Shown here: in pieces, positions 1 through 7,924 of the stretch | Position numbering within the stretch: position 1 is the stretch's first letter | Layout: every line of letters begins with the position of its first letter | Assembly (NCBI GenBank): GCA_964408125.1 | Contig: CAYOYC010000002.1 | Span: 1 to 47,975 of the forward strand | DNA: 47,975 nucleotides | Reading direction: 5' to 3' | DNA from: Candidatus Woesearchaeota archaeon | Lineage (GTDB): Archaea; Nanobdellota; Nanobdellia; Pacearchaeales; GW2011-AR1 | The notes under the pieces: generated by a model | What the model was told of the DNA's origin: nothing | Seen by the model: the letters and a program-made list of their open reading frames with translations, nothing else | Databases searched by the model: none | Program-made: the position numbers and the translations under genes

Positions 1-61
1 GCACTGGGTCAATCATTAGCACGCCCCGGGCTTTAGCCCGCGGGTAGTTGACATTGAGCAA

Positions 62-334
62 TTGTTTAGATTTTTTGAGAAACTTGGGAGTACAAATCTA
101 TTAATTACAGAAACAAAGCAAATTCCAGAAATATTTTCGCAGACAGGAGTTGAAGAATTCTTGGCAGATGGTGTAATTGTATTTTATAATTTCAAAAGAG
201 GAGATGTTAGAGAGAAAGGAATTGAGGTTTTGAAGATGAGGGGAGAGAATCATCAGAAGAAAATTGTTGCTTGTATTATTTCCGATGGCGGTATTACGGT
301 TTATCCCAATCAAGAAGTTTTTAGTGAGATGTAA
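62..334 (+). CDS. KaiC/RadA-like RecA-superfamily ATPase, C-terminal fragment only (possibly a disrupted gene)
   Basis: The translation ends ...EEFLADGVIVFYNF..REKGIEVLKMRGENHQKK..DGGITVYP, typical of the C-terminal end of KaiC-like ATPases. The frame is open only from nt 20 and the listed start is TTG. No Walker motifs are present in the fragment. Confidence 0.5.
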   Translation: MFRFFEKLGSTNLLITETKQIPEIFSQTGVEEFLADGVIVFYNFKRGDVREKGIEVLKMRGENHQKKIVACIISDGGITVYPNQEVFSEM

Positions 335-1663
335 TTAAAATTTTGTTAAATTAATTTCTAAATTTCTTTTTAATTCATTAATGAATCTTTGTTCATCTTC
401 TTTTTTGATTAAGCATCCAGCTGCTTTTTGGTGGCCACCGACTTCGGCATCTAAATTAATTAAGGTGATTGTTTTTTCTAGCATTTCTTTAAGGTTTTTA
501 CCTTTTCTTCCGGCCATTCTAGCTGAAACCTTTATTTTATCTTGGTTGTAGGCCATTCCGATCAAAACGGTGCCTTCTTGGTAATCTAGTGAGGATGACA
601 TAATGGAAGTTATTGTTCCAATTATTGTATCTTTTATAGAGTCTTTCGCATTTAAAATCATAAAGCCATTGCCATTTATTCTTTCTATTTTATTTGCATT
701 TTTTAGTGCGTCAATTAGTTCTTGTTTGTATTGGAGATATATCTCTTGAGCTTGTTCTTTTGCTTTTTCTAGTTGCAAACAAAAAGAGAGCGCAATGTCT
801 GAGTTACCGAGTCTTGAACAAGCGTTAACCAAAACAGAAAGTTCTCTAACGTCTTCCTTTCTATTAAAAAATTTCATAAGGTAAATATTTCCTATTATCT
901 CAGTTTTGTCTCCCTTTGAGGCCATTTTTACCGAGATGGAGGTAACTAATTTTGAGATTTCTTCTTCTGTCAACTCGTATAGCGTCTTTTCTCCTGAAAT
1001 TTGATTCTCTCTTAATAGTTCTTGAACCCCAGCGGATGAGCCAGTTACTCCCGGGATAAAAAAGTTTGTGGAATATTCTAAGGACTTTCTTAATGGGCGG
1101 GTGGCGGAGAATATCAATAAAGATTTTTTAATTTCTAATCCTTCGGAATCTGTGAGTATTTGTTGATATGTTTTTGTGATGTGTGTTTCATGCCGATCTC
1201 CTATCATTCCCATTATTGCCAGGTGTGCTAAATCTTTATTTTTATCAGATAGTGCTTTAGAAAAAAGATAGCATAATCCTGCGCCGCATATTTCTTCCTC
1301 ATCTGCAAATAGGTGGGGATTTATTATCTTTATTTTGTCGTTGAGTTTAGATTTGTCTAATTCGTGATGGTCCAGGATAAATATCGGATTTTCTAAATTT
1401 TGAAATGAATCTAGACTATTTGATGCTAGGTCTACAAAAAATAGGGTCTCGTTTTTATTTCTTTTTAACTCTTCTTTTAATATTTGTTTGTCAATTCCTT
1501 TTATTATTCTTAGGCTAAATTGTTTTTGTATTCTTTGAAAGGTTTTTATCATTATTGCGGCAGATGTTATACCGTCTGTATCATGATGTGAAATTAATCT
1601 TATTGGTTTTTTATCTGTTATTTCTAAGAATTCTTTTGTCAGGTTAGATATTGCATTAATCAT
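335..1663 (-). CDS. recJ: DHH-family phosphoesterase, archaeal RecJ/GAN (Cdc45-like)
   Basis: DHH-family motifs 'ISHHDTDGITSAA' and 'FILDHHE' plus a DHHA1-like 'GGHQKAAG' near the C-terminus. It lies next to rps15, a common archaeal arrangement. Confidence 0.8.
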   Translation of the reverse strand: MINAISNLTKEFLEITDKKPIRLISHHDTDGITSAAIMIKTFQRIQKQFSLRIIKGIDKQILKEELKRNKNETLFFVDLASNSLDSFQNLENPIFILDHHELDKSKLNDKIKIINPHLFADEEEICGAGLCYLFSKALSDKNKDLAHLAIMGMIGDRHETHITKTYQQILTDSEGLEIKKSLLIFSATRPLRKSLEYSTNFFIPGVTGSSAGVQELLRENQISGEKTLYELTEEEISKLVTSISVKMASKGDKTEIIGNIYLMKFFNRKEDVRELSVLVNACSRLGNSDIALSFCLQLEKAKEQAQEIYLQYKQELIDALKNANKIERINGNGFMILNAKDSIKDTIIGTITSIMSSSLDYQEGTVLIGMAYNQDKIKVSARMAGRKGKNLKEMLEKTITLINLDAEVGGHQKAAGCLIKKEDEQRFINELKRNLEINLTKF

Positions 1664-1743
1664 ATTATCACTCTTTTTTATTTGAACTATAAAAAATAAA
1701 TTAAAGTGCTTTTTAAGGTTTGTTGTGCTAATTGAGAGTTAAA

Positions 1744-2109
1744 TTAGTTTTTCTTTCGTTTTGAGAAATATTTTCGTAAAGCATTAAGTTTTGAGTTTGC
1801 TTTTTGAAATTTATGTTTTGCTTTCTTGTCTGTTACGTTGTTTTTTATATGTTCCTTTAACTTTTCTACTTTTACCTCAATGTTTTGAACTTCGAAGAAT
1901 TCGTTTTTGTTTATTTCTTTCAAGTAAGCGGAGATTTTCTTGCCATATACCTTTGTTGTTGGCACCCCATATTGGTCTCTAAGTATCAATCCGATTTGAG
2001 CTGCTTGGTATTTTTCTGCAAGCGTAGCTATGATTTTTTTCAATTCTTCTTCGGATAATTTAAGCCAAACCGGTTTTGGATGTTTTTGGTCCAATGATTT
2101 TTTTGCCAT
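1744..2109 (-). CDS. rps15: 30S ribosomal protein S15 (uS15)
   Basis: N-terminal 'KPVWLKLSEEELKKII' and 'AQIGLILRDQYGVP' are characteristic of archaeal S15/S13e. The tail is basic. Confidence 0.9.
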   Translation of the reverse strand: MAKKSLDQKHPKPVWLKLSEEELKKIIATLAEKYQAAQIGLILRDQYGVPTTKVYGKKISAYLKEINKNEFFEVQNIEVKVEKLKEHIKNNVTDKKAKHKFQKANSKLNALRKYFSKRKKN

Positions 2110-2212
2110 AGCTGGAGGTGTTTTTCTTGCTTTTTAAAGGTTTTTATTAGGGATTTTGAAATATACAGTCGTTTACATATATGCTTAAATATGCCCAATT
2201 CTACTATTTTTT

Positions 2213-2359
2213 ATGTCAAATTTAAATTGCCCCAAGTGCCATGGAACTGGTTACGTGAAAGAGAAGAATGGAACGGTACATACTTGCTTTGATTGTTTGA
2301 CTTGTGGGGATATGGATCAGCACGATAAGAACGTTAGGGATTCGGGTATAAAGCTATAA
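2213..2359 (+). CDS. Small zinc-ribbon protein (48 aa), absent from the ORF track
   Basis: ATG 2213 to TAA 2357-2359 translates to MSNLNCPKCHGTGYVKEKNGTVHTCFDCLTCGDMDQHDKNVRDSGIKL. It has a CxxCxGxG motif plus a second CxxC pair. A TATA-like 'cttaaatat' lies about 25 nt upstream. Confidence 0.5.
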   Translation: MSNLNCPKCHGTGYVKEKNGTVHTCFDCLTCGDMDQHDKNVRDSGIKL

Positions 2360-2411
2360 ATTTCTTGATAAACACAATCCTTAAAAATGACCAAATTTTG
2401 AGAATATTAAC

Positions 2412-2451
2412 GGTTTAGTCTAGGGACTGGACCATGGAAACTTCGGTTTCC
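2412..2451 (+). other. Two adjacent stable hairpins forming a structured leader just 5' of tRNA-Gln
   Basis: GGTTTAGTC-TAGG-GACTGGACC (2412-2433) and GGAAAC-TTCG-GTTTCC (2436-2451). A TATA-like TTAAAAAT at 2381-2388 lies about 27 nt upstream. Confidence 0.45.
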
Positions 2452-2455
2452 TAAA

Positions 2456-2528
2456 AGCCCTATAGTCTAGTGGTCAAGGATACAGGCCTTTGACGCCTGT
2501 GACCCCGGTTCGAATCCGGGTGGGGCTA
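2456..2528 (+). tRNA. tRNA-Gln (anticodon UUG)
   Basis: Folded by hand. Acceptor AGCCCTA/TGGGGCT, anticodon stem CAGGC/GCCTG, loop CTTTGAC, T arm CCCGG-TTCGAAT-CCGGG, discriminator A. Length 73 nt; CCA is not encoded. Confidence 0.9.
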
Positions 2529-2559
2529 TATTTAAAAAGTTCTTTTTGTTAATTAATTT

Positions 2560-2775
2560 ATGGACAATAGAGATGTGGCGGCAATAATAGCGGGGATTGT
2601 TTTTATTATAGGCGGTTTAACATTAGCTGTAGCATCTTTTTTTGTATGGCCTATTATTTTTTATGCAGTAATTTGTTTGGGTATTGGCGTTGCAATATTA
2701 TTTCATTCTAGAAAAGCAGAGCAGATTGAACAGATACGATGGAAAGATATAAAAAGTAAGAAGGGTAAAAAATAA
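2560..2775 (+). CDS. Small membrane protein (2 predicted TM helices, basic tail)
   Basis: Hydrophobic stretches AAIIAGIVFIIGGLTLAVASFFVW and IIFYAVICLGIGVAILF. It abuts the next gene by 1 nt. Confidence 0.5.
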   Translation: MDNRDVAAIIAGIVFIIGGLTLAVASFFVWPIIFYAVICLGIGVAILFHSRKAEQIEQIRWKDIKSKKGKK

Positions 2776-2776
2776 T

Positions 2777-3097
2777 ATGAAGAAAATAATTTCTACAACT
2801 ACGGAAGAGGTTCCTGGGAAAAAAATTAAGGAGATATTGGGTATAGTTAGAGGGAATACAGTGAGGGCTAAAAATATTGGCAGAGATATTATGGCTAGTT
2901 TCAAAAATATTGTTGGTGGAGAAATAAAAAGTTATTCTGATTTGCTTGCTCAATCAAGAGATGAGGCATATAATAGAATGATGAATGAGGCGATTTCTAT
3001 GAACGCAGATGCGGTTGTTGGAGTTAGATTTGTTACTTCAATGATTATGCAAGGAGCTTCTGAGATTTCTTGTTTCGGAACGGCTGTTAAGTTTTAA
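2777..3097 (+). CDS. YbjQ/UPF0145 family protein
   Basis: 'GIVRGNTVRAKNIGRDIMASFKNIVGGEI..Y..LL..R.EA...M...A...GADAVVGVRF' is the typical UPF0145 pattern. Confidence 0.8.
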   Translation: MKKIISTTTEEVPGKKIKEILGIVRGNTVRAKNIGRDIMASFKNIVGGEIKSYSDLLAQSRDEAYNRMMNEAISMNADAVVGVRFVTSMIMQGASEISCFGTAVKF

Positions 3098-3131
3098 TTA
3101 AATTTATAAAACTAGAGTATTTTTGTTATTT

Positions 3132-3776
3132 ATGAAGTTTTTATTGACGTCTGCGGGGTTTACCAATAAGTCCATAGCTGATGCTTTGAAAAAGTTGGCT
3201 GGTGGGGAAATCAAAATAGCCTTTATCCCTACTGCTGCAAATGAAGAAGAAGATAAATCTTGGTTGCAGAAAGATTTGGACAATTGTAGAAAATTAGGTG
3301 AAGTGGATGTGGTGGATATTTCTGTATTGGAGAAAAGTATTTGGCTTGAGAAATTAAAGTGGGCGAGCGTGATTTTAGTAGGTGGCGGGGATACAACTTA
3401 CCTAATGAAATGGGTTATTAAGTCCGGGCTTACGGAAGAGCTGCCTAAATTATTAAAAAAAAGAGTGTATGTGGGTATTAGCGCTGGGAGTATAATTCTT
3501 AGTAAGTCAATTCAAGCATCTTCTGAATATTTGTTTAGTTTATATGGTGATGAAGTGAAAAACCCTCCGAGCGGTTTAGGTTTAATTAATTTTGATATTA
3601 GACCACATCTTAATTCTTCGTGTTTTCCAAAGGTAAACGAAAAGTATTTGACGAAAGTTTTTAAAAATATAGATGAGGATTTGTATGCTATTGATGACAA
3701 TTCTGCTGTTGTTTTTGACGATGGTAAAATAGAAGTTGTTTCCGAGGGAAAGTGGATTAAATACACAAAGGATTAA
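3132..3776 (+). CDS. Peptidase S51 (dipeptidase E-like) family protein
   Basis: 'IAFIPTAAN', 'VGGGDTTYLMKW', nucleophile elbow 'GISAGSII', and His in 'IRPHLNS'. I chose ATG 3132 over the listed TTG 3123. Confidence 0.7.
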   Translation: MKFLLTSAGFTNKSIADALKKLAGGEIKIAFIPTAANEEEDKSWLQKDLDNCRKLGEVDVVDISVLEKSIWLEKLKWASVILVGGGDTTYLMKWVIKSGLTEELPKLLKKRVYVGISAGSIILSKSIQASSEYLFSLYGDEVKNPPSGLGLINFDIRPHLNSSCFPKVNEKYLTKVFKNIDEDLYAIDDNSAVVFDDGKIEVVSEGKWIKYTKD

Positions 3777-4375
3777 TGCTTGTAACGACCTCTTCCTTCA
3801 ACCTTTTTGAGTTGCTCTAGGACCCGAGGGGCTTCTTTGTAATTCTCTGAATATCCTTCTAAAAATTTTTCAAATAATTTTTCGTAGTTTTGAAAATGTT
3901 TAGCTTCTAGAGCTTGTTTGATTAAATGCAAGTCTACTGCTTTGTCTTCTATTCTTTTTGAGATAAACCCTAATCCAAAATCTATTATATAAACATCTTT
4001 GTCTTTTAAGATCGTGTTAGATGTTGTTAAATCTCCGTGAATTATATCTGCTTGGTGGAGTTTTGCGACTTCTTTTCCGAGTGTTTTTAGAACAATAAAT
4101 TGCTTTTTCTCTTCGTAGGAGTTAAGTTTGTCAGATAGCTTATCTCCGTTAATATATTCTAGTTCTAATTCGAATTTCGTTTGATTGATAACTTTTGGAA
4201 CGTTTATTATTTTTGATGCTTTTTCTAATATTTTTGCTTCTTTTTCCGTTCTTCTTTTTCTTATTCTTTCGTCTAGTTCTTTTAGACGGTAGCCCTTAGG
4301 AATACGATTTTTAGTTACAATATCTTTGTCTAGGGTTATTATTGCTTCTGCACCCCGTGCTAGTGTTTTTGTCAT
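3773..4375 (-). CDS. bud32: Bud32/PRPK-type Kae1-associated kinase (KEOPS subunit)
   Basis: 'RGAEAII', 'R...E..IL', catalytic 'IIHGDLTTSNTIL' and 'YIIDFGLG'. About 200 aa, as expected for an archaeal Bud32. Confidence 0.85.
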   Translation of the reverse strand: MTKTLARGAEAIITLDKDIVTKNRIPKGYRLKELDERIRKRRTEKEAKILEKASKIINVPKVINQTKFELELEYINGDKLSDKLNSYEEKKQFIVLKTLGKEVAKLHQADIIHGDLTTSNTILKDKDVYIIDFGLGFISKRIEDKAVDLHLIKQALEAKHFQNYEKLFEKFLEGYSENYKEAPRVLEQLKKVEGRGRYKH

Positions 4376-4426
4376 ATAAATTTATTCTTTCATTAGTTTT
4401 AAATATTCTCTTTTATTTGATTTATT

Positions 4427-5197
4427 ATGAAATTGAGGAATTATTTGGTATTTTTTATTTTTATATTTAGCATTAGTCTTGTTTTTGCGGCTGTTCCAAG
4501 TTATCAGGATAAGTATGTAAATGATTTTGCGGGAGTTTTTAGTAGCTTACAAGTTGGAGAGTTAAGGGGGTTGTTGTCTAGTGTTGATGCAGATACAACT
4601 GCAGAGTTTGTAGTGGTTACAGATAATGAATGCACTTCAAAAGGTGGGCCAAGCCAGTATGCAATAGATATTTTGAATACGTGGAAGGTTGGTAAGGCAG
4701 ATAAGAATAATGGATTGGTTGCGTTGTATTGTAAGGCAGAAAATAAAATTTGGGTTAGTGTCGGATACGGGCTAGAGGGGATTTTACCAGATTCTAAAAT
4801 TGGAAGAATGCTAGACGAGAGTTATATTCCATTAAGAGATTCTGGAAACGTTAGTGAGGGGATTATTTCTTTTATAAGAAGCGTTTCGGACGTCGCTGAG
4901 CAAAATAAGGAGGAAATTTTATCTGGGCAAGCGGGTGGGTCTAGTTCGAGTGGAAGTTTTGGAGGGGCGATATTTGTAATTGCTTTATTTATTTTATTTG
5001 CATTTTTCTTATATTCTGTTTCTAAAAGAAAGGGTAAAAAAGGTTTTGGAGATTTCTTGGCTTTCTTTTTTATTGATTTTGTCGTGAGGATGATATTATA
5101 TTCTATACTTTTCGGTGGTAGAAATAGAAGTTCTGGTGGCGGATTCGGAGGAGGATTTGGTGGGGGAATGGGCGGCGGCGGAGGAGCTGGGCGTTAG
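4427..5197 (+). CDS. TPM-domain protein (YgcG-like) with TM segment and Gly-rich tail
   Basis: Signal sequence, 'YVNDFAGVFS', 'AEFVVVT', 'NNGLVALY', and a C-terminal GGGFGGGFGGG tail. Paired with LemA as in many prokaryotes. Confidence 0.75.
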   Translation: MKLRNYLVFFIFIFSISLVFAAVPSYQDKYVNDFAGVFSSLQVGELRGLLSSVDADTTAEFVVVTDNECTSKGGPSQYAIDILNTWKVGKADKNNGLVALYCKAENKIWVSVGYGLEGILPDSKIGRMLDESYIPLRDSGNVSEGIISFIRSVSDVAEQNKEEILSGQAGGSSSSGSFGGAIFVIALFILFAFFLYSVSKRKGKKGFGDFLAFFFIDFVVRMILYSILFGGRNRSSGGGFGGGFGGGMGGGGGAGR

Positions 5198-5228
5198 GTT
5201 TTTAAATGAGGATTAACTGGTATTAATT

Positions 5229-5831
5229 ATGGAAAAGAAAAAAGGGATGAAGACTTCAACTAAGGTGTGGATTGGCGTTGGTGTTGTAGTTTTACTTTTG
5301 GTTTTTTGGCTTGTGGGTTCTTATAATAATTTTATTTCTATGGATCAGAATATTAATGGTAAGTGGAGCGAGGTTGAAAATCAATATCAAAGACAGAACG
5401 ATGTAATTGGTAGAATGATTGACACTGTCTCAAGTCAGGTTGGAGTTGAAACTAAGTTTGTTAAGGACGTAATTGCTGCAAGGACTGCTTGGGCAAGTTC
5501 TGCAGGAGCAAATCAACTTGTAAAAGATACAGCGGGTCAACAATTGAATAGCGGAATAAATGCCTTTGTTAATGCTGTTGCTGAAAATTATCCAACTCTA
5601 CAGGCAAGTCAAGGCTATGCTGCCTTAAGAGATGAAATGGTTGGAACACAAAATAGAATTACTGTTGCTAGGGGAGAATATATTAAAGCTATACAATTAT
5701 TCAATACGGGTATTATGAGATTCCCTGGGAATGTAGTTGCGGGAATGTTTGGATTTAATGCTAAAGATTATTATAAAGCAGCTGAAGGAAGTTTGGATAC
5801 ACCAGCTCTTGGAAACGGAATTTTACCTTAA
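5229..5831 (+). CDS. lemA: LemA family protein
   Basis: N-terminal TM segment followed by 'YNNFISMDQNINGKWSEVENQYQRQNDVI' and 'FPGNVVAGMFGF', the LemA signature. Confidence 0.85.
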   Translation: MEKKKGMKTSTKVWIGVGVVVLLLVFWLVGSYNNFISMDQNINGKWSEVENQYQRQNDVIGRMIDTVSSQVGVETKFVKDVIAARTAWASSAGANQLVKDTAGQQLNSGINAFVNAVAENYPTLQASQGYAALRDEMVGTQNRITVARGEYIKAIQLFNTGIMRFPGNVVAGMFGFNAKDYYKAAEGSLDTPALGNGILP

Positions 5832-5857
5832 AATAATAAAAGTTTTTATTTGATTCT

Positions 5858-7228
5858 CTACATCTTTATTTTGCCTTTAAATTGTTTGGCAAACTTAGCC
5901 ATCATCTTTTTATCGATTTTTCCTTCTTGGAGTCCGGTCATTGAAGATTGAGATTTCATTAGTTCGTTAATCATTTTATATTGTTTCAATAGTTCTCTGA
6001 TTTCGGATGTTGTTGTTCCGGATCCCCTTGAGACTCTTTGGATCCTAGTTGTTTGTTTGTCGAATAATTCGGGGTTTTCAACTTCCTCTTTTGTCATTGA
6101 TTGAATAGCATACTTCCAGTGTTTCATTTTTTCTTCTTGTTTTTGCATAACATCTTTTGGAACTTTTGCTGCAGCATTTCCAAATCCAGGAATCATGCTC
6201 ATTATTTTATCCATACTTCCCATTTGTCCCATTGATTCAAGTTGAGAATATAAATCGTGTAAATTGAATTTTCCTTCTTTTAATCTTGCTTCGATTTTTT
6301 CTTGCTGTTTATCATCCACCGCAGAACGAACTTTTTCTAATAATCCTTCTAGATCTCCCATTCCCAATAGTCTTGAGATGAAAGAAGTTGGATTAAATAT
6401 TTCAAATTCGTGGATTTTTTCTCCAGTACCAATAAAGAAGACCGGAGCGTTTGTTTCGGCGCAAGCGGTTAAAGCGCCACCCGCTTTAGCTGTACCGTCC
6501 ATTCTTGTTATAATTACTCCGTCTATAGAAAGTGCTTTTTGAAATTCTTGTGCTTGTGTTTTTGCAGTTTGTCCGATATCTGCAGGAAGAACTAAAATTC
6601 TGTGGGTTGGTTTTATTTTTTTCTCGATTGATTTTATTTCAGAAACTAAATCCTCGTTTAATCCATCTCTGCCTGCCGTATCTATTAGAACTAAATCATA
6701 GTCTTTTAAGTCTTCTTCATATTGTTTTATTATCTTTGCGGGATCTTTTTCTTTTTCATCTATGAAAGCTTTAACCTTTGCTTTTTCACACATGTCTTGT
6801 AATTGTTTCATAGCTGCAGGTCTTTGGGTGTCTAAACCTAAAGCGCAGACTTTTCTCCCTCGTTTAGCGTAATAGAATGCTAATTTGGCTATACTTGTGG
6901 TTTTTCCGGATCCGTAGAGACCAAGTAATAATATTTTTTCTTTTTTTTCTAATTTTAGCTCTTTTCCTTTGCCAATTAGAATTGCGATTTGGTCGTGAAT
7001 TAATTTTATTAGTTGTTCTTTTTTGTCAATTCCCTTGATGCTTTCATCAATTGCAATTTCTCTGATTTTTTGACTTAGTTTAAAGACGAGTTCTACATTA
7101 ACGTCTGCTTCGATAAGTGCCCTTTGCAAATCCTTTATGACTACGTCTATGAGTTTCTTGTCTACAAAAATGGCGTTCGTTATCTTTTTTATTCCGCCTG
7201 TGAGTGCTTCTGATACTTTTTCTAACAT
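5858..7228 (-). CDS. srp54: Signal recognition particle protein SRP54
   Basis: NG domain with 'GLYGSGKTTSIAKLA', 'DTAGR' and 'TRMDG'. Met-rich M domain (MGQMGSMDKIMSMIPG). Confidence 0.95.
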   Translation of the reverse strand: MLEKVSEALTGGIKKITNAIFVDKKLIDVVIKDLQRALIEADVNVELVFKLSQKIREIAIDESIKGIDKKEQLIKLIHDQIAILIGKGKELKLEKKEKILLLGLYGSGKTTSIAKLAFYYAKRGRKVCALGLDTQRPAAMKQLQDMCEKAKVKAFIDEKEKDPAKIIKQYEEDLKDYDLVLIDTAGRDGLNEDLVSEIKSIEKKIKPTHRILVLPADIGQTAKTQAQEFQKALSIDGVIITRMDGTAKAGGALTACAETNAPVFFIGTGEKIHEFEIFNPTSFISRLLGMGDLEGLLEKVRSAVDDKQQEKIEARLKEGKFNLHDLYSQLESMGQMGSMDKIMSMIPGFGNAAAKVPKDVMQKQEEKMKHWKYAIQSMTKEEVENPELFDKQTTRIQRVSRGSGTTTSEIRELLKQYKMINELMKSQSSMTGLQEGKIDKKMMAKFAKQFKGKIKM

Positions 7229-7284
7229 AGAATTAGCAGCAAAATGAGGATTAATAAGTTTTGGGTTTTCGGTTGTTCATTATG

Positions 7285-7298
7285 CTACTTATAAGTAG
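7285..7298. promoter_or_regulatory. Perfect 14-bp palindrome CTACTTATAAGTAG with a TATA-like core in a divergent intergenic region
   Basis: The sequence is self-complementary. It lies about 60 nt upstream of the srp54 ATG. Confidence 0.3.
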
Positions 7299-7342
7299 TC
7301 ACAAATAGAAAAGTTTAAATAGTTATATTGACCTTTTTGTGT

Positions 7343-7924
7343 ATGTCTAATAAAAAAGAAATTATTGAATATTTAGAGAATTTTTCTAGAGCTAAACCTA
7401 GTGCCGTTGTGAATCGGCTTTCTAGGGGTTCAAAATTAATGAAAGGTCTCAATCTTGGATATGAAATCGATAATATAAATGTGGATGAAAGATTGGGTGT
7501 TTTTCCCATAGGGGCTATCCCGTATAGAGTTATACATAATGCGTTGCGATCTAACAGTTTTGAAATAATGGCCCTTTTCAAGGGATCTGAATTTATTCCT
7601 TTTTCTAAAGTTATGAAGGCGGGAGTTGGTCAATGTTTTGAGAAATCCATTCTGGTGCAGTTGGCAGCACAGCGGGCGGAGAGTTCTTATTTAATTAGTG
7701 GCGCTCTTGAATTGGATAATGAGCGGGGCGCTGACTTTCATGCTTTTAATTTAGTTGTTCGTGGAGATGGGGTTTATTTAGTGGATGTTGAGAATCCAAT
7801 TAGTAAAGACAAGGAAGGGAATGTTTTGAGTCCATATGTCGTGCCCGTAAAAGAAATAACTGCAATAGGAAATATTTCTGTTCCAGAGGAATATCGTGCG
7901 GGAAGAACCTATTCGTTGGATTAA
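7343..7924 (+). CDS. Hypothetical protein, possible transglutaminase-like Cys-His-Asp fold
   Basis: 'GVGQCFEKSILVQLAAQRAESSYLISG' ... 'DFHAFNLVV..GVYLVDVENP' resembles the C/H/D spacing of transglutaminase-like peptidases. The TATA 'gtttaaatag' at 7313-7322 favours ATG 7343. Confidence 0.45.
   Translation: MSNKKEIIEYLENFSRAKPSAVVNRLSRGSKLMKGLNLGYEIDNINVDERLGVFPIGAIPYRVIHNALRSNSFEIMALFKGSEFIPFSKVMKAGVGQCFEKSILVQLAAQRAESSYLISGALELDNERGADFHAFNLVVRGDGVYLVDVENPISKDKEGNVLSPYVVPVKEITAIGNISVPEEYRAGRTYSLD

Noticed and set aside
4930-5197. The Gly-codon-rich repetitive DNA at the end of the TPM-domain gene. I considered it as a repeat element.
   Set aside because: It encodes the usual Gly-rich C-terminal tail (GGGFGGGFGGG) seen in TPM/YgcG-type proteins.
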